A stretch of 64,000 bases of DNA from a virus. The translations under genes were made by a program, and so were the position numbers. Below are positions 9,108 to 18,816 of the stretch, one piece after another. Numbering within the stretch: position 1 is the first letter of the stretch; each line of letters begins with the position of its first letter. Where the stretch lies: the IMG/VR virus record IMGVR_UViG_3300027419_000023; one strand, given 5' to 3'. The notes under the pieces are model-generated. The model had not been told where the DNA came from. It saw nothing but the letters and a program-made list of their open reading frames with translations, and searched no databases.

Positions 9108-10712
9108 TCAATCACTCCTAATAGCTTCGAGAAACCACGGCATAAATAGTCCACGGTATCTATTGACAAATGGTCCAAAGCTCTGATCAAGTATCCATGT
9201 TTCCGAGAAGTCGTCTGGTCCTCTAGTCGTCCTTCCACAGGCTTGCTGTAGCAGCATTGCAGTTGTAATATTATACCATTGCTGGTTGTCCAATTTATTG
9301 CGGGCTTTTATCCAAGCATCTCCAAGATGTGGAAACGGCACCTTCGCTATGATATTCATGGGATATTCGGGACCGTCCAACGAAATTCCTTCCTCGTAAC
9401 GTACCGAAAGAAATATCGAGTCATCCTTCTTTTGCCACGACAACAGTGCCTTTTCTCTATAATCTCGTTCTTGTAGTAAGATATTATTATGGAGCTTATA
9501 TAAGTTGTCGTATAGTAAATTGGCAACTACGTAGCTGCCGCAATGAACGATAGTTTTCATACTATATGTATCATGAAGTTGCTTAATGCGAATAGCCATT
9601 TGTTTGGCTGTATGCTCTCTACTAGCATAGTTCATTGATCCAACGGGATCATAATGTATGAGGCGTCTGGAAACATCTATTGGATGAGGAATCATTACGG
9701 ACTTATATTGCGAGGTAACCATGCTGGTGGTAGGTGTTCCACTGGCCAGTACTACGCAATCAAGTTTAGCAACTAGATCTCCGAATACCACATGAGAATC
9801 CAGTAACTTAAAGTACGGTACCGGTAGTAACTCTTTCCGTCTCATTCCAGCATTCCAGACTTCTTCAATGTCCGAAGTCAATACGTATGGAACACCTGCC
9901 TTGATATAACGGAGTGCATTTGCACAAGCTGTTTCTTGTCTATGATACTTATTATACTCGTGTTGGATGGCTTTAAGCCTCTTGATTTCGGGTGAAGTTG
10001 GTTTATTTTTAAATATCTGAGATCTATAATCGGTGCACTGTTTACCGAGATCCTTTACTATTTGCTGTAATTTATCATACTGACTTTCTAAGTGTGGTTT
10101 AACATCGAAAGTTTCCAGAAATTTCTGCAAGTTATTTGATTTATCATATATTTTAGATTTCTTGGTAATGTCTTTCAAGTTTAGATTCAATTCGATAGTT
10201 GCTTTATCCAGTAGAATACCCTCTAATTCCGAGGATTCATCCACGAAAAGTACAGAACACTCCGAATAAATTGATGGATCCGCAAGATACCTATGGAAGG
10301 TTGCTGCTCCGAAATCAAACTCTTTAAATGCTTTTTTGGCTGCCCTATACGAACAATTCTCGCATACGGCGAAACCTTCTTCTTTGCTCGTGAATGGACA
10401 CTCTTCGGCAGTGCAATCTACTATTCCGAGACACGGATAATTCCGCTTCCCTACAAGTTTCGGCAAGTCGAACAGGTTACCTGATTCAATTAGGGCTACC
10501 TGCGGCGAAGTGTAAACAACCTTGGCTAAATTATGCTCCTTTTCTAGGATTTTGCCTAAGACATACAAGTCAACCGATTTACCGCTGGCTGTTGGAGCGT
10601 TCAACTCAATTACTTTTTGTCCGCCTTCCCAGAGCTTTAGCATGCTTGTTATAGCATGTTCTTGACCTTGCCGAAACTTTCCGTATGGATTGTACTTCTG
10701 AAGGTTTGACAT
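9108..10712 (-). CDS. XPD/Rad3/DinG-family Fe-S SF2 helicase
   Basis: Q motif FRQGQ, APTASGKS, GKRNYPC...C...C...C Fe-S cluster, VDESS, ASGT, EGISL, KVPFP, QACGRTTRG. Confidence 0.9.
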   Translation of the reverse strand: MSNLQKYNPYGKFRQGQEHAITSMLKLWEGGQKVIELNAPTASGKSVDLYVLGKILEKEHNLAKVVYTSPQVALIESGNLFDLPKLVGKRNYPCLGIVDCTAEECPFTSKEEGFAVCENCSYRAAKKAFKEFDFGAATFHRYLADPSIYSECSVLFVDESSELEGILLDKATIELNLNLKDITKKSKIYDKSNNLQKFLETFDVKPHLESQYDKLQQIVKDLGKQCTDYRSQIFKNKPTSPEIKRLKAIQHEYNKYHRQETACANALRYIKAGVPYVLTSDIEEVWNAGMRRKELLPVPYFKLLDSHVVFGDLVAKLDCVVLASGTPTTSMVTSQYKSVMIPHPIDVSRRLIHYDPVGSMNYASREHTAKQMAIRIKQLHDTYSMKTIVHCGSYVVANLLYDNLYKLHNNILLQERDYREKALLSWQKKDDSIFLSVRYEEGISLDGPEYPMNIIAKVPFPHLGDAWIKARNKLDNQQWYNITTAMLLQQACGRTTRGPDDFSETWILDQSFGPFVNRYRGLFMPWFLEAIRSD

Positions 10713-10845
10713 GATTAGTATCCTTCAGTGATTTGGTAGGCTGTATTCACTACATCGATGTCAGCCATCATCATGACGTACTCTTTTGAATATTGATATG
10801 TTTCAATGAGATCTCTTCTCCACCAGGAAACATCCTTAGCCATAT

Positions 10846-11124
10846 TTAATCCTCTCCGTTTATTTTAAATTTCACCCATATGAAACTATCCTGGGAACTA
10901 CCAGATTTTGCTCCTCCAACAAACTTATGATAATGGTTACCTGAATCCAATACGGTTATATCCGGAAATTCCTCTCGGATAAAGTCCGCAACTACTTCGG
11001 TTGTCATTCCTATACCATAGAAATAGGAGTGCCATGCAGTTATCGTTCCGTTCTTATGAAACTTGAAGCCGTCTATTCCAACGATACCATTCTTCATAAT
11101 GGATTTAGATGCTTTGGATGTCAC
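10846..11124 (-). CDS. hypothetical early protein
   Basis: GGTGA RBS; own promoter at 11160-11177. Confidence 0.6.
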   Translation of the reverse strand: MTSKASKSIMKNGIVGIDGFKFHKNGTITAWHSYFYGIGMTTEVVADFIREEFPDITVLDSGNHYHKFVGGAKSGSSQDSFIWVKFKINGED

Positions 11125-11182
11125 TTAATTCACCTTCAAGTAGTAATAGTGCTTTTGAGAATAAATAGTTTTTGGTTGGAAG

Positions 11183-11647
11183 TCAATACAATAAACCATA
11201 TTTTAATTTAAAATTTCTAACAATACTAACAGCTTCATTTACTAGTCTCTCATAATTAACATTACAACAATGTCTTAAACATGTAGTACTTCGATTAATT
11301 CTAGGCAATTTACAACAATGATTCGTTATGTCAAAAAACCCGTACTTTTTATCAAATAAATAAGCTTTCTTTAGTTCTAGTAATTTGTTTGGATGTTCTT
11401 CTATCTGGCATTCATTGAAGAATCCGTTATATTTAGAACATTCTGTACAACATCCAGATTCTAGCGTTCTATGCTTCTGCTTATTGCCAAGTTCTTTATT
11501 ATATCTTTCTACATCCGGACAATTCGAACATACTGTTTTATTAAATTCTCTAAATACTAAATCTATAACTTCAAGAGATAACTCTACTAACTTCTGATCT
11601 TCAATTGATATAGCTTTTGTCATTCGTAATTCAGTTAATTCGTCCAT
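11183..11647 (-). CDS. Cys-rich hypothetical protein
   Basis: CxxC, CCxxC and further Cys pairs; ATG 11647 after GGAG; promoter at 11682-11700. Confidence 0.6.
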   Translation of the reverse strand: MDELTELRMTKAISIEDQKLVELSLEVIDLVFREFNKTVCSNCPDVERYNKELGNKQKHRTLESGCCTECSKYNGFFNECQIEEHPNKLLELKKAYLFDKKYGFFDITNHCCKLPRINRSTTCLRHCCNVNYERLVNEAVSIVRNFKLKYGLLY

Positions 11648-11730
11648 ACGTTTATCTCCAAGTACTAATAGCATCTCTAAGAATAAATAGTTTACGGTCC
11701 GAAAAATTTAATAAAAAAGGATAAAAAATA

Positions 11731-12111
11731 CTAGAGGTCCTCTAGCATCTTGGTAAGTTCCTCTTCGGATTTGCTCGCTAAAGCACCTTCTTGCTTTTCT
11801 GCTAGTATGGCAAGGATTTTCTGACGCTTTGCTATCTTTTCGGCTTCCATCTGTCTTGCTGCAGCTTCAGCGAGTTTAACTTCAACTATGTACCGAACGA
11901 TAGCCACCTGAAGGTCGAGCTCGGTATTCTCACTACTCTTTGAGCCAAGTAGACTCTCTTCCTTGCAAACCTTCAGTTTGGCATTTAGGACCTTAAAGAT
12001 TCTATCAAGTTCCTGGACTGACAAGTCCCAAAGATCTTCAACTGACAGCATTCCTTTGTATGAGAACCGGAGTTTCATCCGGCTCGCTAATTCAAATATG
12101 TTTCCTACCAT
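11731..12111 (-). CDS. phage-type helical protein, partner of the upstream 683-aa gene
   Basis: ASRMKLRFSYKGMLSVEDLWDL followed by a coiled coil; abuts 12112. Confidence 0.75.
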   Translation of the reverse strand: MVGNIFELASRMKLRFSYKGMLSVEDLWDLSVQELDRIFKVLNAKLKVCKEESLLGSKSSENTELDLQVAIVRYIVEVKLAEAAARQMEAEKIAKRQKILAILAEKQEGALASKSEEELTKMLEDL

Positions 12112-14163
12112 TTAGAACACCACTTTTACGATTCTATTTACGTGGCCAGTGACCCTGACCACTAGGGAATTCCTTTGAGTCGAACTGAAGCCAAGTCCCG
12201 AAAGCTGTTCCTCGGAAGGTTCGACCCTCATCTTGCTACCCAGAGCTTCGAATACTCGCTTATGTTCTAGCAACTCGTTTTTCAAGTACTCGTTAAAGAA
12301 GCCATTAGGCTGTTCCGAGTTCTGACATCCCTTCAACATGAAGAAGAAATGCCGATTGCCGATACTATCTTGACCGTCCCAGTAATTAGGCGACATCATG
12401 ACTACTGATACTAGATGGAATTGTTGGGTATCTAGATTCCAGAGTTTTCGAGATGTCAAACTGGACGGAATCTTTTCGATGATCTTGAAGCCGTCACGCC
12501 TACTATATTCAACGTCAGCTACTGGTACCTTTTCGCCTTGTCTCAGTTCCTTGTTATAGGTGAAGGAATGTATTTGTCCGTCAAACTCCACTTCAGCGGT
12601 GAAGCCAGACCTACCTCCTTTATGATTATAGTTATGGACGAATAGTTGGTAGGTACCCTCTGGTATCCGGGACAGATTGCTCCAAGTAATATTCTCTACA
12701 GCAATACCGTCCTTGGTTTGACGGGAAGGCTGCGTAATATCGACATCTAGTTCACCGGACGACACATGCATTCTCTTATGTGCGAAATATATATGGCCAC
12801 CAGTTGGCTCAATGCAATGGGCATCAAAGTCGTTCTCGTTATCGTGGTTATCATTCCACTGGATGGAGAATCGCAGTGCACCACTAATATCTCCGCCAAG
12901 TGATTTAACACGTTGTTTCATGGAGTCGGTAATATTCCCGGAGTAGGCCCAAGAAAATCCATTATTCCACTTGAACATACTTGGAGCGTTTTTGTCCTGA
13001 GGTGCAATTAGACTTACCAAATTGCTCTGATGTCGGTTCTCTAGCAAGACCTCTACGTTTTGCACGGAAGGCAACACTTCGGATACAAATTTCTCTATTG
13101 AGATCTCTTCTATTCGATCAAAGCTCTTAGGAGAGATCGCCTGTTCCTTTGCAAGCTCTCCAAAGACATTACCCTTGAGATGCTTAGCTACGTCACGGTT
13201 AGCATAGATAATGTTGTTTACAGTGATGTCGTTTAATGTAGCATGCTGCCGTCCCAACGATTCCATGAAGCCTAGTTCTTTGACGGTCTTTTCTGCGTCC
13301 TGGAGCATCTTGGCCGTGAATATAGCTTTTGGCCTCTTGTAGTTACTTGGAGCGACTATAGCTTCGTACTTCCTTACTGCTTCGTCAAGATCAATTCCCT
13401 TGGAGATATCAACTAAGAGCACTCCAATGGAATGATTACGGATCTTGCTGATGACCGGACCTGCTAGGACAGATTGTTCCCAGGCATATAGGTCTTTCTC
13501 CCTAGGAGATAACTTTGCATATGCTTTTTGATGTTTCTGGAAGCTCTCTAAGACAGTTTTCCATTCTTCGCCCTTATAGAGAGAATTCTGGGCTATTAAC
13601 TCCAGCACGGAAGCCACTGCATCTTCAGAGATTTCATCCAAGGATCTCTTGAATACGTTCCTTAGATCAGAGGCTCGTCCTCGAACAGTATCCAAAGTTA
13701 ATCTTCCTGAAGTCTTAAATCGGTCTGGAAGCTCCACATACATATGTTCCCAGGTTACCACTTCCCCGGACTCCAATCTCTCGAAGTCTTTTTCTGTTCC
13801 CATACAGCAAGTATCTGTCACGAAGATTCCTGAGATGGTTCGTGACTTTACATACTCGGAAAGTACCTTAACTGATGGTCCGTATTTTGGCCCAGCTTCA
13901 AAGTCCCAAACGGAAGTTACAATACCGTTCTTTATGCTTACGACATTTCCGAAGGCCTTAACAAAATGCCGGCAAGCGGAACAGTCATTCTCGGTTCTTG
14001 TCCGGTAGACCTTGTTCATGCCCTCCGGAAAATTATACAAGTAAAGATTCCATAGGGTATCCTTATCTACGTCAACGACGAATAGAGTATTTACGTCCTT
14101 GATCATGCTATCAACATGTTTATTTAATTTCCTTTCCAAATCTGCGAAGATTTCCGTCATCAT
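12112..14163 (-). CDS. 683-aa protein with N-terminal CxxC domain and a YfaP/DUF2135-like domain
   Basis: DCSACRHF; LRFSIQW...DFDAHCIEP...LDVD...AVENITW; own promoter at 14202-14219. Confidence 0.7.
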   Translation of the reverse strand: MMTEIFADLERKLNKHVDSMIKDVNTLFVVDVDKDTLWNLYLYNFPEGMNKVYRTRTENDCSACRHFVKAFGNVVSIKNGIVTSVWDFEAGPKYGPSVKVLSEYVKSRTISGIFVTDTCCMGTEKDFERLESGEVVTWEHMYVELPDRFKTSGRLTLDTVRGRASDLRNVFKRSLDEISEDAVASVLELIAQNSLYKGEEWKTVLESFQKHQKAYAKLSPREKDLYAWEQSVLAGPVISKIRNHSIGVLLVDISKGIDLDEAVRKYEAIVAPSNYKRPKAIFTAKMLQDAEKTVKELGFMESLGRQHATLNDITVNNIIYANRDVAKHLKGNVFGELAKEQAISPKSFDRIEEISIEKFVSEVLPSVQNVEVLLENRHQSNLVSLIAPQDKNAPSMFKWNNGFSWAYSGNITDSMKQRVKSLGGDISGALRFSIQWNDNHDNENDFDAHCIEPTGGHIYFAHKRMHVSSGELDVDITQPSRQTKDGIAVENITWSNLSRIPEGTYQLFVHNYNHKGGRSGFTAEVEFDGQIHSFTYNKELRQGEKVPVADVEYSRRDGFKIIEKIPSSLTSRKLWNLDTQQFHLVSVVMMSPNYWDGQDSIGNRHFFFMLKGCQNSEQPNGFFNEYLKNELLEHKRVFEALGSKMRVEPSEEQLSGLGFSSTQRNSLVVRVTGHVNRIVKVVF

Positions 14164-14237
14164 ATCACTCCTTTGTACTTCTTTATACTATACTCGATGA
14201 GAATAAATAGTTTTTGGTTGAATATCAAAAACTAATT

Positions 14238-14543
14238 TTATATATTTTTTAGTTTTCTTTGTAGTTTTTCGATTTCCTCGAGTATGTTTTGCTTTTCTTC
14301 CTCTTTCTTCGAATTTGCTCTTTCTGATTCCATGCTATTAACTACGTCCATAAGATCCCGAACGCTTTCTACTACCATACAGCTAATTAGAGGATTTTCT
14401 TCCTGAATATACTCTCCCAGAACTTGTCGTATTTCCTGATGTTCGTTTTTAGTTCCGTATTTTGACAAATGAATTAATTTGCTTCCGCACCCAATCGTAT
14501 AATCGCAACCTTCTCCTTCTTGTTTCATGTAGAGATAATACAC
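14238..14543 (-). CDS. hypothetical protein with C-terminal coiled coil
   Basis: QEGEGCDYTIGCG motif; abuts the methyltransferase gene. Confidence 0.6.
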   Translation of the reverse strand: MYYLYMKQEGEGCDYTIGCGSKLIHLSKYGTKNEHQEIRQVLGEYIQEENPLISCMVVESVRDLMDVVNSMESERANSKKEEEKQNILEEIEKLQRKLKNI

Positions 14544-15161
14544 CTAAATCGACCTCCAAACTTTAACGGTATTCTTCGGACTCCATATACCAGAATCTTG
14601 CCATTCAATTGGCTTGATACTGTGGACATACGGTACGCAACATGGGATAGCTACGAGACTGCGAACCTTGCCTTTAACATGTTGCAAGATGTTCTGGAGA
14701 CTAGCATGGCTATGGACAGCTACAATAACTACCCTTTCAAAATCTAATAGAGTTGGATAGATTTCCTCAACTTTAGAATCATAGCATGTTAATCGTTGAA
14801 TCTTTTCTTCGTAATCGCAACAATTCTTAAGCAACGGATCAATACTTATACAATTCCATTTGGTCCGGAAGGCAAATAATGCGGCAGTCCTAGGAGTAGT
14901 ACCATCTCCTACCGAAACCAAAGTAATATCAGGATCATTGAAGTCGTACTGCTTGAGTTTGGTACGTACAGCATTTAATGCTCCATAACTTTCAGTGACT
15001 TCTTTCGCATCCGGAAATAGTCCTAGATGTAACATGTCGGATCCAGACTTATTAAGTCTAATAAACTCATTCATGTAACGGTATTGGCCGTGATTGAAGG
15101 ACCAGATTGTCTTATTGATAGCTTCTGAGAGTTCTGCATTATGCTTTGACATATTAATCAC
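14544..15161 (-). CDS. putative SAM-dependent methyltransferase (Rossmann-like)
   Basis: LVSVGDGTTPRTA motif-I-like loop, SIDP acidic strand end, AVHSHA, AIPCC; probable start ATG 15152. Confidence 0.55.
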   Translation of the reverse strand: MINMSKHNAELSEAINKTIWSFNHGQYRYMNEFIRLNKSGSDMLHLGLFPDAKEVTESYGALNAVRTKLKQYDFNDPDITLVSVGDGTTPRTAALFAFRTKWNCISIDPLLKNCCDYEEKIQRLTCYDSKVEEIYPTLLDFERVVIVAVHSHASLQNILQHVKGKVRSLVAIPCCVPYVHSIKPIEWQDSGIWSPKNTVKVWRSI

Positions 15162-15395
15162 CTTCCTACGAACATAAATCCGTTATCATGCCTAAGCAAA
15201 AGATCATGATCATTAGTGATCCTAAGAAACATATCATTCCTGCAGCATCATCTCTATTCCATATATAAGCCGAAAATATTAGTGATCCAATAGCTATGAT
15301 AGTTGATCCAACTATTCCTACTAATGCTAAAGTGTTATCTAACATACTATCATATAAGTTGTTTTTCTATTTATAAGTTTTGGTTAGCAAAAAAG

Positions 15396-15833
15396 TTAAA
15401 TAACGTTCTTCTCTTTCCTAGTACGCACTGCTGCTAAATTCGAATATCCGTTGATGTCGTCCCAGGCGGACTCATCACCTTGGTCTCCACGAGCAATCCT
15501 GAACAACTTATCTACGACGCGAACTATTACTAGAAAATCCTTCATTTGATCTAGCTTAACACCATCTGGATAAAGTACTTCAAATATTTTATGAGAATTA
15601 CCAAAACTATCTCCGTATTCAACCTGCTTTCGAGAAACCAATTTTGCGATTTCCAGAGCAACTTTTTCATATACGGTACCTAAGGGTTTAAGCGGTAACT
15701 TCTCTCGGGTCTCGTTATCCGGGCAATTCGCTGTATTCGATACCTGACAATTGGTACATAATACCATATGTCCGTTCTGTTGACAACCAGTTATTTCTCC
15801 GTCTTTTATTAATATGGCCATAATTTTATTCAC
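15396..15833 (-). CDS. all-alpha NTP-pyrophosphatase-like / nucleotide-modification-associated domain (NMAD1/DUF1599-like) protein
   Basis: RKQVEYGDSF...RVVDKLFRI...ESAWDDINGY; N-terminal Cys cluster. Confidence 0.65.
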   Translation of the reverse strand: MNKIMAILIKDGEITGCQQNGHMVLCTNCQVSNTANCPDNETREKLPLKPLGTVYEKVALEIAKLVSRKQVEYGDSFGNSHKIFEVLYPDGVKLDQMKDFLVIVRVVDKLFRIARGDQGDESAWDDINGYSNLAAVRTRKEKNVI

Positions 15834-16848
15834 CCCATTTCATTAGGAACAAATTACTAACGGCTTTCCAGGATAAACGACCATCCGGCATATTAGAGTC
15901 TTCTATTTCTTGTAGTGGTCTAAACACTATACCTTCACGTAAAGTATCCGAGACGGTTGATTGGCCGTCTGCAAGACTCAGCAAGTCATCCACGGTGTGC
16001 TCTAAGGTCAACTTTCCAAGATACGGAACTAAGAAGTCCTTGCCTAGACCAAAGGATTCTACTGCATCTTGCATGATATCCCAGTCCAAATACCTATGAT
16101 TCGTCATGTCCCAGATGTTGAATACTCGGTAATACAGACCTTTCAGCCCGTATTTATTCTTCTGGATGCCCTCTCCAAAGAGTTCGCCCTGTAACGCAAC
16201 ATTTCCTAGCTGCTTTAGGATTTCCTGGATGTTATGTTCTGTTGCATATCGCCAATAAGCATCTCCATTAAATTTATGGTCGAAATCAGGTGCCAAATCT
16301 ACGTTCCTAGAACAACAATGTAAACCAGTTTCCGGATCGTTATAATAACTTGCGCTAGCGCCATCTAGCTTCTCTGTGAGGTTAAATTCCATGCCTTGAT
16401 ACTTCTCTAGTATCCTGGGAATGTTCTGGATTCGAACTTCGTCGGTTTTCGGTACAGCTAATCTATGAATTGGGCACCTTACTCGACCACGGAGTTGCAC
16501 TGGTATCGGAGGTTCGTACTTTGTAATGCCTAGAAGTTCGCTGACGTCTTCATTTAGGGAATATGATCCTTCCGGCAAAATATCCATAGGGAAGCATATG
16601 CCCTGAGAGGTTGTACCACGTAGTCGGCACGTCCGAATCCTGAAGTGCTTGGACCTCATAAATTCGAATTCAGGCCGATCAGGTAGTAAGGAATCTGGCT
16701 CGCAGAATACAACGCTCTCTCCGATATGAAATTGTCCCTTTTTGACTACAGATTTCCAGCCGTCAATTTGAGCCAGTTCAATGCTATCAGCATTCTTGAT
16801 TGGTGTAATTCCTAGAATTTCCTTAACTGATGCCATATGGCGAGTCAT
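15826..16848 (-). CDS. ATP-dependent RNA ligase, DRB0094/Rnl5 family
   Basis: N-terminal OB-like PIKNADSIE...DGW...EPDSLLP; motif I TEKLDGAS, QGELFG, FNI, REGIV, KAVS. Confidence 0.9.
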   Translation of the reverse strand: MTRHMASVKEILGITPIKNADSIELAQIDGWKSVVKKGQFHIGESVVFCEPDSLLPDRPEFEFMRSKHFRIRTCRLRGTTSQGICFPMDILPEGSYSLNEDVSELLGITKYEPPIPVQLRGRVRCPIHRLAVPKTDEVRIQNIPRILEKYQGMEFNLTEKLDGASASYYNDPETGLHCCSRNVDLAPDFDHKFNGDAYWRYATEHNIQEILKQLGNVALQGELFGEGIQKNKYGLKGLYYRVFNIWDMTNHRYLDWDIMQDAVESFGLGKDFLVPYLGKLTLEHTVDDLLSLADGQSTVSDTLREGIVFRPLQEIEDSNMPDGRLSWKAVSNLFLMKWGE

Positions 16849-17114
16849 GTTAATCCCTCCGAAATGAAATTAATGCAGCTTTTGTTACATTCCATTCGGT
16901 CATTCATTATCTGTTCGTATTCCCGACACGGAATATTACTGTCATTTGCCGTGACACAAATAAAGTTTTCCTTGGCTAATTCTAACATAGCCTCCATCAC
17001 GTTATTTTCGTCTTCAAGTTCTATCAGGAATGCTAGCCATCTATCCACATCCTGCTTGAAATCAATACCTTCTGCTAGATCGTAACACTCCCCATCAATG
17101 TAACATTTTTCCAT
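16845..17114 (-). CDS. hypothetical protein
   Basis: In operon; overlaps the ligase start (ATGA). Confidence 0.55.
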   Translation of the reverse strand: MEKCYIDGECYDLAEGIDFKQDVDRWLAFLIELEDENNVMEAMLELAKENFICVTANDSNIPCREYEQIMNDRMECNKSCINFISEGLT

Positions 17115-17115
17115 G

Positions 17116-17559
17116 CTATCGCCTCACTCGGCTTAACGACTGCAAGTACTGTTTGCTAGATATCTCATGAGAAAGCCATGCCTTCTTGAGATTAGAAAGA
17201 GCTGGTTTAGTTGTAAACTGATCTTTCTGTTTGGATTCTAGCAGTTGCAACATCTTGATTCCGTAATCCATTGATCCATCTACTCTCCTAGTATACTTGA
17301 ATATTGATCCCAGGAATTTTATTTTATTTCCTGGCATTATCCGGGAATATACTAATGGTACCGCTGGAATCTCTTTTCCAACGGTCATAACTAAGTGATC
17401 GGCCACTAATCGATCTTTTAGTTTCACGGCTAACAACAACTTTTGCAGTGATGGTTTGCTAGCGAATCTTATTCCTCCGTGTCTTCGAAATCCTACATTA
17501 GCATCGAAGACGGTATTTCCCGATCCATTTTCGTAAAGTTCCTTGAGTTCCAGACGCAT
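17116..17559 (-). CDS. hypothetical protein, possibly OB-fold
   Basis: GAGGAGG RBS; promoter at 17611-17628; ADHL...GNKIKF...Y...DYGI. Confidence 0.6.
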   Translation of the reverse strand: MRLELKELYENGSGNTVFDANVGFRRHGGIRFASKPSLQKLLLAVKLKDRLVADHLVMTVGKEIPAVPLVYSRIMPGNKIKFLGSIFKYTRRVDGSMDYGIKMLQLLESKQKDQFTTKPALSNLKKAWLSHEISSKQYLQSLSRVRR

Positions 17560-17644
17560 AATTCAGTCCTCCTCTTCTATACTACATCAAACTAATACTT
17601 AAAATTTGTCTTTAAATACTTTTTGGTTGCTAACTTTTTACCCA

Positions 17645-17790
17645 CTTTTTCTACTTACTTTACAGTATATACTTATACTAATATATACTTTATACTACTA
17701 TATATAGTATATATAATAGTAATATAGTATAATATATAGTAATATAAGTAAGTAGTTAGTGATTATATAGTAATATAGTAGTTATATTGA
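17645..17790. repeat. AT-rich imperfect palindrome with TATAGTA-type repeats; candidate replication origin
   Basis: Perfect core TACTATATATAGTA (17696-17709); arms CTACTTACTT (17651-17660) and AAGTAAGTAG (17746-17755); left half uses C, right half uses G; longest ORF-free stretch in the early region apart from 34.9-35.2 kb. Confidence 0.55.
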
Positions 17791-17886
17791 AAATAAAAAT
17801 TAGTTTTATATAAGCTAGTATAGAGAAATACCCTATTTTTAGAAATAGTACTTACCCATAGTGATTCCATGAAAATGACTTTATAG

Positions 17887-18060
17887 TTACCACTCTATAC
17901 CGGATTTTAAGGCTGCTTTCATTGCAGCAATCTGTCTTGCTTTCCGGGACTTTCCGGATTTAGACAAGACTTTTACTTTTTCGCCAAAATTATTGATGAC
18001 GTAGCCAGTACTAGTTACTTGGCCACAATCATCTGAACGGCTTATTCGATCAATGGTCAT
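17887..18060 (-). CDS. small basic protein (57 aa)
   Basis: MTIDRISRSDDCGQV...; directly follows the ring-nuclease gene. Confidence 0.5.
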   Translation of the reverse strand: MTIDRISRSDDCGQVTSTGYVINNFGEKVKVLSKSGKSRKARQIAAMKAALKSGIEW

Positions 18061-18062
18061 AG

Positions 18063-18371
18063 TTATAAAATTTCAACTAATCGGAATTCAATTCTTGATC
18101 CAGCGGGTAGTTCTTTAACTCCTTCAGGCAGCTTCGGACCGATATATTGAGCTACGATCATTTTCTCGCCAGAAACCAACTTTACATTAATCCTAGCAAA
18201 AGGAATTTCAATACCGATTATACTAGATACTATAGCAGCAATATCTTTATGCCCTAAGCAAGACTCAAACGGAGCAAAATTTCTTACTTGATCAGCATTT
18301 AACGATTTTACATCTATTTGGCATGGAACATCAACCATGCTTAATGCAAATGCATTACCAATTTTAGTCAT
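18063..18371 (-). CDS. acrIII-1: AcrIII-1 / DUF1874 viral ring nuclease (anti-type III CRISPR)
   Basis: NAFALSM, S-x-x-GH (catalytic His41), R60, QYIGPKLPEG (E83); own promoter at 18407-18424. Confidence 0.85.
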   Translation of the reverse strand: MTKIGNAFALSMVDVPCQIDVKSLNADQVRNFAPFESCLGHKDIAAIVSSIIGIEIPFARINVKLVSGEKMIVAQYIGPKLPEGVKELPAGSRIEFRLVEIL

Positions 18372-18399
18372 TTCATTTCACTCCATATATTAGTAGTAC

Positions 18400-18816
18400 T
18401 TATAAGTTAATATAGTTTTTGGTTGCCGGAGCTAAGAAAACTCCAGTAGCTTCGTATGGTTTACATGCCCTAGGACATGTATTCTGAGCTTGGGCTAGTA
18501 AGGCTCCTCCTTGTTCTCGGATCGCAGAAAAGCATACATTCTTTGTTTTCTTATTCGACGAGATATATTCCTCTGCGATGATAATTATCTCGTCGTCTAC
18601 CGCATCATCTGGATTCGCTTTTACCATTACTAGATTGTTATCTTGGATAGTTATTGCTGCGGCTAGTAACTTATCGCTTCCGATTATCGTAGTGATATTG
18701 TAGGAGGTATCACGTCCAGGACGACTTATGAAGCCGCATTCTGGAACCTCAAATCCGGGTTTGATAATGTTACCTTTTTGATGGAAAACCCTTCTCACTG
18801 TAGGTTTCATAACCAT
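18400..18816 (-). CDS. hypothetical early protein
   Basis: Overlaps the upstream gene; GGAGG RBS. Confidence 0.6.
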   Translation of the reverse strand: MVMKPTVRRVFHQKGNIIKPGFEVPECGFISRPGRDTSYNITTIIGSDKLLAAAITIQDNNLVMVKANPDDAVDDEIIIIAEEYISSNKKTKNVCFSAIREQGGALLAQAQNTCPRACKPYEATGVFLAPATKNYINL

